DNA of 48,732 nucleotides from Candidatus Methanophagales archaeon (GCA_021159465.1 JAGGRR010000017.1:1-48732); one strand, 5' to 3'; positions 8,337-17,585 are shown, counted from the first letter of the stretch. A program made the numbers and translations. The notes: generated by a model from the sequence alone, not told the origin.

Positions 8337-9188
8337 ATGAATGGGAAGAGAGTTTGTGTTATTGGAATTGGAGTGATGGGCAGTGGCATCGTTCAGGTAT
8401 GCGCTCAGTCAGGCTATGAGACTTCTGTTGTGAGCAGAAATGCGGAATCTCTGGAAAGAGGGCTTGGAAAGATAAAAGATAGCCTTTCCAGGCTGGTAAA
8501 GAAGGGGCATCTGAAACGCGAGGATGCAGATGCAGTTATGAATTCGATACACAGCTCAACGAGCCTGGAGGATTGTGCAAAGGATGCAGATATAGTTATT
8601 GAAGCAGTGTATGAGGATATGGAAGTGAAACGCGGGATATTCACACAGCTTGACCAGATATGTCCTGCACATACGATTATTGGCAGTAATACCTCGACAT
8701 TCCCTATCACCGCTCTTGGCGCCATGACGAAGAGACCTGACAAGGTGATTGGGATGCATTTTATGAACCCTGTACCAGTAATGCGAGGTGTGGAAGTAGT
8801 AAAATCTTTGATGACCTCAGAGGAGACGGTGGATAAGACTCTAACATTTCTGAACTCACTGGGTAAGGAGACGGTGATCGTTAATGATTCACCTGGCTTT
8901 GTCACCAGTCGAATGATGTGCCTCATATTGAACGAAGCGGTGAAGATGTACGAGAGTGGACTCGCATCTATCGAGGATATAGACAAGGTATTAAAGATGT
9001 CCTTTAACTGGCCACAGGGTCCTTTCCAGCTATTGGACCTGATTGGCATAGACATCGTGGTGGCGGTTCTGAATACGATTTATAATGAGACTGGCTGGGA
9101 GCGATTCAAGCCCGCGGTTCTCATGACGCAGATGGTAAATGCAGGATGGACAGGCAGGAAAGTGGGTAAAGGATTCTATGAGTATTAG
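8337..9188 (+). CDS. NAD-dependent 3-hydroxyacyl-CoA (3-hydroxybutyryl-CoA) dehydrogenase
   Basis: 283 aa. Rossmann motif is VCVIGIGVMGSGIVQVCAQSG. Family motifs HFMNPVPVM and SPGFVTSRM are present. The start lies 3 nt after the DUF35 stop. Confidence 0.9.
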   Translation: MNGKRVCVIGIGVMGSGIVQVCAQSGYETSVVSRNAESLERGLGKIKDSLSRLVKKGHLKREDADAVMNSIHSSTSLEDCAKDADIVIEAVYEDMEVKRGIFTQLDQICPAHTIIGSNTSTFPITALGAMTKRPDKVIGMHFMNPVPVMRGVEVVKSLMTSEETVDKTLTFLNSLGKETVIVNDSPGFVTSRMMCLILNEAVKMYESGLASIEDIDKVLKMSFNWPQGPFQLLDLIGIDIVVAVLNTIYNETGWERFKPAVLMTQMVNAGWTGRKVGKGFYEY

Positions 9189-9210
9189 TACCAGTACCAG
9201 TAATTAGTTA
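9181..9210. repeat. Hexanucleotide-periodic tract spanning a stop codon
   Basis: AGTATT AGTACC AGTACC AGTAAT TAGTTA. The hydroxyacyl-CoA dehydrogenase TAG is at 9186-9188. Confidence 0.8.
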
Positions 9211-9250
9211 TGGTCACACAGGTTAGTTAGCATTGATCTACGAGCTAAGA

Positions 9251-9336
9251 GCCAGGGTGGCAGAGTGGACAAATGCGGTGGCCTCGAGAGTCACTGTCCC
9301 TCTCGGGACGCTCAGGTTCGAATCCTGACCCTGGCG
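9251..9336 (+). tRNA. tRNA-Ser (anticodon CGA), type II with long variable arm
   Basis: Folded by hand. Acceptor GCCAGGG/CCCTGGC. Anticodon stem GTGGC/GTCAC with loop CTCGAGA. Variable arm GTCCC-TCTC-GGGAC. T-arm TCAGG-TTCGAAT-CCTGA. Discriminator G. No encoded CCA. Confidence 0.9.
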
Positions 9337-9361
9337 TAAAGGAAGAGGTGGGGTGATTTGA

Positions 9362-10078
9362 GTGCATATGGAATTCCTGTCATATCTTACAAAGCGCAGG
9401 TTAGCTAAGATGAGCATATTGCTCTGCACTGTGTTCATCCTTACCGCATTGGTAGAAGCAGTATCCCGGTTTACCCTTCCAATGGTATTCATCGTTGATC
9501 TCCTCGATGCAGCTATGGTATTGCGACTGAGTTATGAATCCACCCTCCTATTCTTTGGCTATGGCATCCTCCTATTCGGTATGTTGAGTGCTGTATTCCC
9601 CATGTTTCGGGACTCCAAATACAGAACTAACTCGAAGAAGCTCCAGATTCATTTTATTATCCTCTCATCCTTCATCATGTCATTCCTCATCGCACGCTTA
9701 TTCGTAGCTATTTTAAATGCCGACATCAATCCGGTATGCCAGTTATGGGTTAAAGGCTATCGAATACATCATTTCTTCTTTGGTATTGGACTGCTCGCTA
9801 TTGGCGGATGGCTCGGGCATCTCAATGACGGCTCTCGCTCTATCATCACGAAAGTATCCGCAGGCATCTATGGCACTGGCCTGGGACTGGTGGCGGATGA
9901 ATTCGGGCTGTTGCTTACCTTTGGGGATTACTGGGCTGAACAATCCTACATCTTCTTCGTGTTAATCTCGCTATTCTTGCTGATTGTGCTCTTAGAGGAA
10001 GCATATAAGCTATTTAAAAGGACAAAAAATTTAAACTCCATGATCATTACTTTCATTTATGGTGAACGGAAGCCGTAA
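9362..10078 (+). CDS. Polytopic membrane protein, unknown function
   Basis: 238-aa ORF made almost entirely of hydrophobic helices (about 6 TM). The track start at 9362 is GTG, and an in-frame ATG lies at 9368. It overlaps the next gene by 20 nt. Confidence 0.6.
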   Translation: MHMEFLSYLTKRRLAKMSILLCTVFILTALVEAVSRFTLPMVFIVDLLDAAMVLRLSYESTLLFFGYGILLFGMLSAVFPMFRDSKYRTNSKKLQIHFIILSSFIMSFLIARLFVAILNADINPVCQLWVKGYRIHHFFFGIGLLAIGGWLGHLNDGSRSIITKVSAGIYGTGLGLVADEFGLLLTFGDYWAEQSYIFFVLISLFLLIVLLEEAYKLFKRTKNLNSMIITFIYGERKP

Positions 10079-11075
10079 ATGGACACTGCTGTTTGCTTCT
10101 ATCTCCATCAGCATCCTCGCTCTCGCTTTTATCCTCCTGTTCTCCCCTTATCGGCTAACACCAGCGACCTTTGAGGCGATATCAGAGGTCAATCCCTTAT
10201 TCATCGCCGTTGCTCTCGCCATGCATATCTCTGCATGGGTTGTATGGAGTTTCAGGATGAAGCTGATGAGTGATTTCTTGAGTGGTACAGATACAGAGGG
10301 TGATCTGAGATTGTCACAATCACTGAAGATAATTCTGGCAAGCCTCTTTGCCGCATGTATAACCCCTTCTCAATTCGGTGGCGAGCCAGTGCGAATATAT
10401 CTGCTGAGACGTAGTGGACTGACAGTAGGTGATGGAACAGCTATCGTCTTCGGTGAGCGGTCACTTGATTTCATGGTCGGTATGATTGGTGGTGCAATAA
10501 GTTTTATGCTCTTCAGAACTGTAATACCCCGCTATTCAGTTATATTCACTGCTATCGGTATCATACTCATCCTCGGCGTATTGCTCATGGTGTACGGTAT
10601 AACCAGACCTGACAAGCTAAAGAGGTTCTTTGACTGGGTATTCACAAAGATAAAGGTCCATAAAATGGAGCGGATACGCGATAAACTCTATCAGGAGCTG
10701 GAGAATTTTTATGAAGCGCATAAGAAGTTCCAGCGAGAAGGGAAGAAGACTATTAAACTCGCTCTCATTCTCACCATCGCTTTCTGGCTCATCGAATTCA
10801 CAATACCTTCGTTCCTGCTCCTCGGGCTGGGTGCAGACCCGATCTGGATATACTCAATTGCGGCACAATTCATACTTATCATAATCGCTGCGATGCCTAT
10901 AAGCCCGGGTAGCAGTGGTATCTCAGAACTGAGCAGCGCATATCTCTATCATACGCTTGTGGGCACACCTTTACTGGGGATATTCACACTACTATGGCGG
11001 TTGAGCACTTATTATACAAGTTTGATTGTGGGTGCAATTACAAGCATGAAGGTTATAAGTGAGATTAAGCTATGA
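10059..11075 (+). CDS. Flippase-like / lysylphosphatidylglycerol-synthase-TM-region family membrane protein (UPF0104)
   Basis: 338 aa with about 8 TM. The family-typical motif is PSQFGGEPVRIYLLRR. Confidence 0.7.
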   Translation: MVNGSRKWTLLFASISISILALAFILLFSPYRLTPATFEAISEVNPLFIAVALAMHISAWVVWSFRMKLMSDFLSGTDTEGDLRLSQSLKIILASLFAACITPSQFGGEPVRIYLLRRSGLTVGDGTAIVFGERSLDFMVGMIGGAISFMLFRTVIPRYSVIFTAIGIILILGVLLMVYGITRPDKLKRFFDWVFTKIKVHKMERIRDKLYQELENFYEAHKKFQREGKKTIKLALILTIAFWLIEFTIPSFLLLGLGADPIWIYSIAAQFILIIIAAMPISPGSSGISELSSAYLYHTLVGTPLLGIFTLLWRLSTYYTSLIVGAITSMKVISEIKL

Positions 11076-11081
11076 TGCCTC

Positions 11082-12605
11082 TTAAATCCTCAGTTTCCAC
11101 TCCCATCTCCTTCGTTTTCCTATCAATTTACTTATCTCATCACTCGTAACCATACCTATGACCTTTCTCTCGCGATTTATAACCGGCAATGCAGATATGT
11201 TATACCGCTCCAGCTTCCTGATCACCAGTTCCAGTGGCTCATTCTCATCCGTTGTTATCACTCTCCGTGTCATTATCTCTGCCAGACCCTCATGTCGCTG
11301 TGCAACTGCGGTTGATATATCCCATGCTGTTACTATCCCGCTCAATCGCCCATCATCTGTCACCACTGGTATATGAGTAAATTGCGTATCCATTATCTGC
11401 TTTGCTGCATCTGCTATGGTCGCCTTCTCACTTATTGTCTTTACCTCCCTTATCATCACATCCTTGACAAGTGGTAGCTCTTTGGTCTGTTTCATCGGTC
11501 TAAAGGGAGTATCCCGGGGCAGTCGTTCGGAAGGCAGAGCGAGCAGGAACTCACCTGTTTCTATCTGCCTCTTCAACTCCTTCGCCACTCGATCAGCCAT
11601 GTAGAAACTGGATAGCGGAGAGGTTGGCACTTCCTTACCTTCTATCTCTATCATCCCCGATTTCAATTCTTCATACGTCACCTCACTCAGCACTGGTCGG
11701 TCTCGTCTGCAAATCCCATAATCCTGCACTTCCGTCTTGATCTCCGCATCGCTTATCCCCGTATTCTTCGCTATTCGCTCATTCAATATCGGTATAGGAA
11801 TCCCAATGCCTACATAGAGTGACACCCCATACCCGAAGAAAGTAGCTCCACGCAGAAATTTCGGCTCCATATCCTTCAGGTTACCAGTGACCATAAGTGT
11901 AGCGAAGCCTTTACGCGGGTTATGTTGTGTTCCCGCACCCACCACATAGCCCCTCGCACCAGATAGAAATATCCGCGTACCCGGACCTATGGTCTCAAAC
12001 TCAGGGTCATTTATGAGTGGTGAGAGCGCACCGGAACCAGAATAGTTTGCATTTCGATAATTTGGTAGCAATGTGCCCATATAAGTATATAAAGTGCGGT
12101 CTGTTGAGTTCGTTGCTGCGATATAACGCTGTGATGCGTTTCTCGGATTTACCATTATCGCCTGATTCAGGTCTTCTATTGAAAGTGTAGTCTCTATCTC
12201 CTTTCGTGGATAACAATCGGTGCCATAGGCAGTAGCCCGCATCTCTATCTGCTTACCTGATGCTAAATCCTCTATTACATGCCCACCGCCGTATTCCTCT
12301 CCTTTATCTTCTGATAACTGCGTGGCACCTAAATAAGCGTCAACAGCCGCGATACCGGTATATGCTTCCACTTCATTTAGCCATACCCGCTGCATCTTTA
12401 TCGGCGGGTCCGCATGTCCAAAATTGATAAAGACACCAGAGGAGCACATAGGACCAAAGGTACCGGTAGTCACAACATCTACCTCCCTGGCTGCCTTCTC
12501 CGCACCCAGCTCCTCCACCATCTCACTCATCCTATCGGCGGTGACCACGCAAACGCTGCCATCTCTGATTCTCTCGTTTATCTCTTCTATGCTCTTCTCT
12601 ACCAT
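11082..12605 (-). CDS. Homocysteine-biosynthesis protein, COG1900/DUF39 domain fused to two CBS domains (L-aspartate-semialdehyde sulfurtransferase-like)
   Basis: 507 aa. The N-terminal ~380 aa match the methanogen COG1900 pattern (VVTTGTFGPMCSSG ... YVGIGIPIP). The C-terminal tandem CBS pair includes VKDVMIREVKTI and ISALPVINRERKVIGMVTSDEI. Confidence 0.8.
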   Translation of the reverse strand: MVEKSIEEINERIRDGSVCVVTADRMSEMVEELGAEKAAREVDVVTTGTFGPMCSSGVFINFGHADPPIKMQRVWLNEVEAYTGIAAVDAYLGATQLSEDKGEEYGGGHVIEDLASGKQIEMRATAYGTDCYPRKEIETTLSIEDLNQAIMVNPRNASQRYIAATNSTDRTLYTYMGTLLPNYRNANYSGSGALSPLINDPEFETIGPGTRIFLSGARGYVVGAGTQHNPRKGFATLMVTGNLKDMEPKFLRGATFFGYGVSLYVGIGIPIPILNERIAKNTGISDAEIKTEVQDYGICRRDRPVLSEVTYEELKSGMIEIEGKEVPTSPLSSFYMADRVAKELKRQIETGEFLLALPSERLPRDTPFRPMKQTKELPLVKDVMIREVKTISEKATIADAAKQIMDTQFTHIPVVTDDGRLSGIVTAWDISTAVAQRHEGLAEIMTRRVITTDENEPLELVIRKLERYNISALPVINRERKVIGMVTSDEISKLIGKRRRWEWKLRI

Positions 12606-12655
12606 GCATAAGAGGATGGCAAAGCAATGTCTTATAACTTATGGTTTTTTCTCGC

Positions 12656-13663
12656 TCATAAAAATATGTCCATGAACAGATATGCAATACCACCGAGTAT
12701 TGCAGCCAGCGGGATGGTAATCACCCAGGCAATGACCATCTTCTCCACCTCCGTCCATCTGATCCTGCGTAGACTCTGGAAGAAAGTGCCACCGATGACC
12801 GAAGAAGCAATCACATGGGTCGTGCTTGCAGGCATACCTCTCAAGCTCATCAGTACCACAGCGACTGCCGCACCAGTCTCCGCAGAGAATCCATGTTTCG
12901 GTTCCAGCTTCGTCAATTTCCAGCCCAGGGTCTTCATTACACGCCATCCGAAGAAGAAAGTCCCCAGACCCATCATGAGACCACAACTCAGTTTTACCCA
13001 TAAAGGCACTGTGAATCGCGGTATCAAACCACCTGCGAGGAGTGCCATTGTAATCACACCCATTGCATTCTGTGCATCATTCATACCATGACTGAACGCC
13101 ATAAAAGAAGCGGATACTATCTGCAGGTTCTTGAATACCCTCTCCGTCCTGGTATCCGGGATGTCTCTGAAAAGAAGGAAGAGTACCCAGCTGACGATGG
13201 AGAAAAGGATCGCACCTGCGATAAAACCGCCAAGGGGTCCTACAATGATTGCGAGAAATACCCGATTATTAAGAATATGCCAATTTATTATCCCTAAACC
13301 ACCTGCGAGGATGCCTGCACCAAGGAGACCGCCTACAAGCGAATGACTCACGCTAATAGGTATGCCAAAAGTGGTACAGATAAATGTCCATATCACTGCA
13401 CCCGTGATACCAGCGGCAATAATAACCAGTGTTATACCCTCTGGTAAGACTATCCCTTTACCTATGGTCTCAGCTACCTTTGTAGAGACGCATGCACCCA
13501 CAAGGTTGAATATACTGGCGAGAATCAATGCGTTCAGTGGTGTAAGTGCCTTCGTGGCAGTGACTGTGGCGATAGCATTCGCTCTGTCATTTGCACCGTT
13601 CAGGAAGTCATAGCACAGCGCTAACACTATTATGATAATAACAAGAAAGAGAGAAGCGGACAT
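12656..13663 (-). CDS. Inorganic phosphate transporter, PiT (PHO4) family
   Basis: 335 aa and polytopic. Both PiT signature repeats are present: GANDRANAIATV and HGMNDAQNAMGVI. Confidence 0.9.
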   Translation of the reverse strand: MSASLFLVIIIIVLALCYDFLNGANDRANAIATVTATKALTPLNALILASIFNLVGACVSTKVAETIGKGIVLPEGITLVIIAAGITGAVIWTFICTTFGIPISVSHSLVGGLLGAGILAGGLGIINWHILNNRVFLAIIVGPLGGFIAGAILFSIVSWVLFLLFRDIPDTRTERVFKNLQIVSASFMAFSHGMNDAQNAMGVITMALLAGGLIPRFTVPLWVKLSCGLMMGLGTFFFGWRVMKTLGWKLTKLEPKHGFSAETGAAVAVVLMSLRGMPASTTHVIASSVIGGTFFQSLRRIRWTEVEKMVIAWVITIPLAAILGGIAYLFMDIFL

Positions 13664-13691
13664 CTGGCTCAGGGCTCAGCTCAGGCTCAGA

Positions 13692-14393
13692 TCAGATTCC
13701 ACCTTTCAATCTGAACGTCTCCAGGATATTAGCCACATCCTCACACTGGTCCATTGTATCCTCAAGAATCTCCACGATCTCCTTCTGCAGTAATCGCTCA
13801 AGGACCTCGTCCGAACTCTTCGTTGGCGTGGTCATCAACTTCCTGAGCCATCTCCTGTTTATCTCGTCCGCTTCGTTCTCCAGTTCGTTTATCCTTATGC
13901 AATATGCTTCTAAACTCCCCTCTTCACATTTCATGTCACGCAAGCAATGCACTGCAGTACGTATCTCCTTTGACGCCTCCAATATAATAGGTGCGAATTC
14001 AATCACAGGCACAGGCAGTGTTTGCGTAAATGTCAATCTTCTCACTGCTTTCTCTATCCCGTCTATCACATTGTCGAGGTTATGAGCGAAGTAACGGATA
14101 TCCCCTTTCTCCTCTGTGACCCGCGTATGGTCGAAGAAGAGCTCGCGTACTATCTCATGAACGATTGAATCTGCTTCTTCTTCAAGAATTCCAAGCTGCC
14201 TGCTGATCTCGGAGAGTAGAGAAAGGTCATTGCTCAATTCGACCAGAAGTTCCGCGGCATCCACTGTCTTGTCTGCAAGGGCTTCAAAGAGCTCGAAGAA
14301 CTTCTTATCATGGGGTAGAAAGAGCGACATCTTTGGCATGATCATATTATTGAAGAGAGGCGAAAGATGCCACTGCCCTTTGTCTCGCTTCAT
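13692..14393 (-). CDS. DUF47 / TIGR00153-family phosphate-transport regulator (PhoU-like)
   Basis: All-helical. It lies immediately upstream of the PiT gene, which is the canonical pairing. The family-like N-terminus LFLPHDKKFFELFE suggests the real start is an internal Met at about 14330-14345. Confidence 0.8.
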   Translation of the reverse strand: MKRDKGQWHLSPLFNNMIMPKMSLFLPHDKKFFELFEALADKTVDAAELLVELSNDLSLLSEISRQLGILEEEADSIVHEIVRELFFDHTRVTEEKGDIRYFAHNLDNVIDGIEKAVRRLTFTQTLPVPVIEFAPIILEASKEIRTAVHCLRDMKCEEGSLEAYCIRINELENEADEINRRWLRKLMTTPTKSSDEVLERLLQKEIVEILEDTMDQCEDVANILETFRLKGGI

Positions 14394-14496
14394 ATCTGCA
14401 TCAATAAATATATAGAGATTGAGGGTATATTTAAATTTTTCTAATTTTTCGTAATTGTTAGCTGTGTTATATAATATGCAAATATTTTTCCCGGCA

Positions 14497-15081
14497 CTAA
14501 GAGAGGTAATTCAGGAATTCCTTGAATGCTCTGCCTCTGTGTGATACTTTATTCTTCTCCTCTGTACTCATTTCTGCAAATGTCGTTCCTCTGTATTCAA
14601 ATATGGGGTCGAACCCAAATCCTCCCTCACCGCGCGCACTATCTGCGATTCTCCCCTCTACAACACCACTGAAGATGCGCGGCTCCGCTGAGATGGACTG
14701 ACAGAACGCGACGACCGTTTTAAAAGTGGCTCTTCGCTCTCTATCCCTCTTACCAGCCATCAAAGTCAATATCCCCTCATTACCTATCTTCTTGAATACA
14801 AACGCGGAGAAAGGACCAGGGAAACCATTCAAAGCGTGAATGAACAGTCCGGAATCTTCGATGAAGAACGGGGTCTTTATCTTTATCCCTGTCCTTGCCC
14901 CTTTCCCACACCTTATGTAATTCGCACTCGTTATCGCCACTTCTTCTATCTCTTCCAGTTGTAACTCAGGATACTCATAATTGAGATGCTGAATAGAGAT
15001 ACCACTATCAATATCAGTAGCCAGCTCTCTTATCTCTTTTACCTTATGCGGGTTCGTGGTGATGAAGTATATCGTTCTCAA
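14497..15081 (-). CDS. Non-canonical purine NTP pyrophosphatase (RdgB/HAM1 family, dITP/XTP pyrophosphatase)
   Basis: 194 aa. Motifs are FITTNPHKVKEI, FPGPFSA, FGFDPIF and SHRGRAF. The start codon is TTG at 15081. Confidence 0.9.
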   Translation of the reverse strand: MRTIYFITTNPHKVKEIRELATDIDSGISIQHLNYEYPELQLEEIEEVAITSANYIRCGKGARTGIKIKTPFFIEDSGLFIHALNGFPGPFSAFVFKKIGNEGILTLMAGKRDRERRATFKTVVAFCQSISAEPRIFSGVVEGRIADSARGEGGFGFDPIFEYRGTTFAEMSTEEKNKVSHRGRAFKEFLNYLS

Positions 15082-15099
15082 TCTTCAGCTTCACCATTG

Positions 15100-15135
15100 C
15101 CTTATCCATATCCTTATCCCTATCCTTACCCCTAT
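15100..15135. repeat. Hexanucleotide-periodic intergenic tract (6 units)
   Basis: CCTTAT CCATAT CCTTAT CCCTAT CCTTAC CCCTAT. It fills the gap between the HAM1 start (15081) and the pcn stop (15132-15134). Confidence 0.9.
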
Positions 15136-15881
15136 TCGACTCGCGGTGCCAGCAGATAACTGACTTTGCCCTTGCCGTCTGCCACCTCGAAATCTATCTG
15201 GAGTGGATAATCCTTACCCAGGTTCAGTGTTACATTCTCAGCATGACTCATACCCTTACTCATCGCGGCAATATAGTCCAGAGTGAATAATGAATGAAGC
15301 GTTCCAGGTGTCAGATGGATCAATTGCTCCTTCCTCAAGCCCAGACGTAACTTATCCATCTCACCCTCCACCTCCATGTAAAATTCATCGCCGTCCACAC
15401 CAAGCAATATATATTCACCCACCTTCTCAGCAGCACGTATTGTCCTTCTGAAATCCTCTATATCCATAACCACCTGCACCGGGAACTCAAGCTCGGGCAC
15501 CTTCGGCTCTTTTCGTAACGATGAAGGTTCCAGCAGGTTCACTGTATAAGCAAGACTGCCCATTCGCGTATATAACTTCTGTGCTTGCTCATCAATCGAA
15601 AGCCGGACCTGCTCTTTACCTCCAATGCCTAAGATTCCAAGCAACTTCTGGAAATCCATTCCTATCTCAAGTCCCTCTCCATCTCCCTCTCCGTTCGAGA
15701 ACTGATAATCATCGAACGCATCTTTCTGCAACTGAAAAGTTACCATAGCTACGTTAGAGGGGTCTACTGCTCTTAAATTTAAACCCTCTGCTGATATTCT
15801 CAACTTACCTTCATCCACCACCGCAATTATCGCCTCTATGCATTCTTTTAATACACCTGCATCTATCTCAGCTTCAAACAT
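15132..15881 (-). CDS. pcn: DNA polymerase sliding clamp PCNA
   Basis: 249 aa. The N-terminus MFEAEIDAGVLKECIEAIIAVVDEGKLRISAEGLNLRAVDPSNVAMV and the C-terminus YLLAPRVE are typical of archaeal PCNA. Confidence 0.92.
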   Translation of the reverse strand: MFEAEIDAGVLKECIEAIIAVVDEGKLRISAEGLNLRAVDPSNVAMVTFQLQKDAFDDYQFSNGEGDGEGLEIGMDFQKLLGILGIGGKEQVRLSIDEQAQKLYTRMGSLAYTVNLLEPSSLRKEPKVPELEFPVQVVMDIEDFRRTIRAAEKVGEYILLGVDGDEFYMEVEGEMDKLRLGLRKEQLIHLTPGTLHSLFTLDYIAAMSKGMSHAENVTLNLGKDYPLQIDFEVADGKGKVSYLLAPRVE

Positions 15882-15931
15882 CCTTCATTCCTCCTTGACT
15901 TCCATATTTAATTAATTAACATCTTTTTATT

Positions 15932-16540
15932 TTATTTAACTCTATATAGTTTACTTTTACTATCATTACTACTCTGTGCCATATCGACCAGATATTTGAC
16001 CTCGCATGCGTGTTCAACCGAACTAAGAATCACGAAAGCTTCGTCCACTGTGGCACCCCGGGCAAATGTGCCGTGTCCACGTGCGATTACAGCCTTATGA
16101 TCCCGAAGTGCCGATGCGGCATTGATTGCCAGCTCTTCTGAGCCTATACCACCACTAACAACCGGTATTTCATGCAGGAGATAGATACTCTCGGAATCTT
16201 CGGGTACTATCTGCTCATAGGGTCCATAAAGCATAGAGAGCACCACTGCGTATTTTGAATGCCCATGTAAAATTGCGAGTGCAGAGGTATGTTTATAAAT
16301 TGTACGGTGGACATTGACCTCAGAGGATGCTATCACATCCAATTCATCAGGCGTTGCCGGGTCTATTGGAACAGAGATAATCTGCCCTTCGAGCTCATCA
16401 AGCATGCTCCCTGTTGTGCTTATTAGCATATGGTCTCCAACACGCTTACTGATATTGCCAAAATGGGAATGCACAAGCCCGGCATCCACCATCTTCCTGC
16501 CATATTTTATCAACTCCTGCATTTCATTTCTAAATATCAT
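15932..16540 (-). CDS. Class II aldolase/adducin-family protein (fuculose-1-phosphate aldolase-like)
   Basis: The family pattern starts at MQELIKYGRKMVDAGLVHSHFGNISKRV and continues through SSEVNVHRTIYKHTSALAILHGHS. The track ORF extends to 16858, but that extension is antisense to argF and low-complexity. I trimmed the start to the Met at 16540; 16522 is an alternative. Confidence 0.8.
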   Translation of the reverse strand: MIFRNEMQELIKYGRKMVDAGLVHSHFGNISKRVGDHMLISTTGSMLDELEGQIISVPIDPATPDELDVIASSEVNVHRTIYKHTSALAILHGHSKYAVVLSMLYGPYEQIVPEDSESIYLLHEIPVVSGGIGSEELAINAASALRDHKAVIARGHGTFARGATVDEAFVILSSVEHACEVKYLVDMAQSSNDSKSKLYRVK

Positions 16541-16565
16541 TAACAACAGCTTAATTATCTTTAAT

Positions 16566-17483
16566 ATGACTGACATGACAGGACTTATTTCGATATTTGA
16601 CCTCGCACGAAGGGATATTGAAGAGATATTGAGGAGTGCGACTGTATTGAAAGGAGAGCGAAGACGTGGTTCAAGGAGGAGGGGGGATTTAAAAGGGAAA
16701 ATACTGGCATTGATCTTCGAGAAGCCGTCCACCCGTACTCGTGTCTCTTTTGAGGTAGCAATGCTTGAACTCGGTGGTGATGTGATAAGCTTGAACTGGA
16801 GCGAGCTGCAGCTGGGCAGGGGAGAGAGGATAAAGGAGACAGCGGAGGTCTTATCCACCTATCTTGACGCCGTTATGATAAGGGCATATGCACACAGTAC
16901 AATAGAGGAATTTGCGAGACATGCCTCCATTCCTGTAATTAATGGGCTAAGCGACCTGGAGCATCCATGTCAGACATTGGCAGACCTGATGACAATAAAG
17001 GAGTACAAGAAGAAGCTGAGAGGTATCAAAGTCGCATGGGTAGGAGATGGCAACAACGTGTGTAACTCGTTGATAGGGGGATGTGCATTGATGGGTATGG
17101 ATATCAGTATAGCATGTCCAAGGGGCTACGAGCCAGCGGAGCAGGTGATAAGGAGGGCAGAGGCGATGGGCGCTATGATACACATAAGCAAAGATGTGAA
17201 AGAGGCTGTAACTGATGCTGATGTGATATACACCGATGTGTGGGTCTCGATGGGAGAGGAAGGAGATAGAGCGCGCAGGGAGGAAGCACTCAGGGATTAT
17301 CAGGTGAACGAGAGTGTGGTGGATATGGCAAAAGAGGATGTAATTGTAATGCACTGTATGCCGGTGCACGTGGGTGAAGAGCTGACAGAGGGGGTACTGA
17401 ACAGTGAAGAAGCGGTGATATTGGAGCAGGCGGAGAACCGGCTTCACGCACAGAAGGCACTGTTGCTGGAATTGTTAAAATAG
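16566..17483 (+). CDS. argF: Ornithine carbamoyltransferase
   Basis: Motifs are FEKPSTRTRVSFE (carbamoyl-phosphate binding), HPCQTLADL and DVWVSMGEE. I trimmed the start from track position 16314 to the ATG at 16566 (MTDMTGLISIFDL). Confidence 0.9.
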   Translation: MTDMTGLISIFDLARRDIEEILRSATVLKGERRRGSRRRGDLKGKILALIFEKPSTRTRVSFEVAMLELGGDVISLNWSELQLGRGERIKETAEVLSTYLDAVMIRAYAHSTIEEFARHASIPVINGLSDLEHPCQTLADLMTIKEYKKKLRGIKVAWVGDGNNVCNSLIGGCALMGMDISIACPRGYEPAEQVIRRAEAMGAMIHISKDVKEAVTDADVIYTDVWVSMGEEGDRARREEALRDYQVNESVVDMAKEDVIVMHCMPVHVGEELTEGVLNSEEAVILEQAENRLHAQKALLLELLK

Positions 17484-17585
17484 TAGTGCTAAAATATTGA
17501 CAAATGCTGTTTTTGCAATCAGTCATTCAAACTTTTTGCAAAACCTTTTTAATGTGTCCTCCAAAAATAGAGGATAGCGAGAAAA

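Noticed and set aside
9337-11075. The region downstream of tRNA-Ser considered as an integrated element, since tRNA genes are common integration sites.
   Set aside because: There is no integrase, no visible repeat of the tRNA 3' end, and the two membrane-protein genes look like ordinary chromosomal genes.
16541-16858. The 5' extension of the aldolase ORF (track 15932..16858), and the reciprocal 5' extension of argF (16314..16565).
   Set aside because: Each extension is antisense to the well-supported core of the other gene and consists of low-complexity Ser/Ile-rich sequence. The family-typical N-termini begin at 16540/16522 and 16566.
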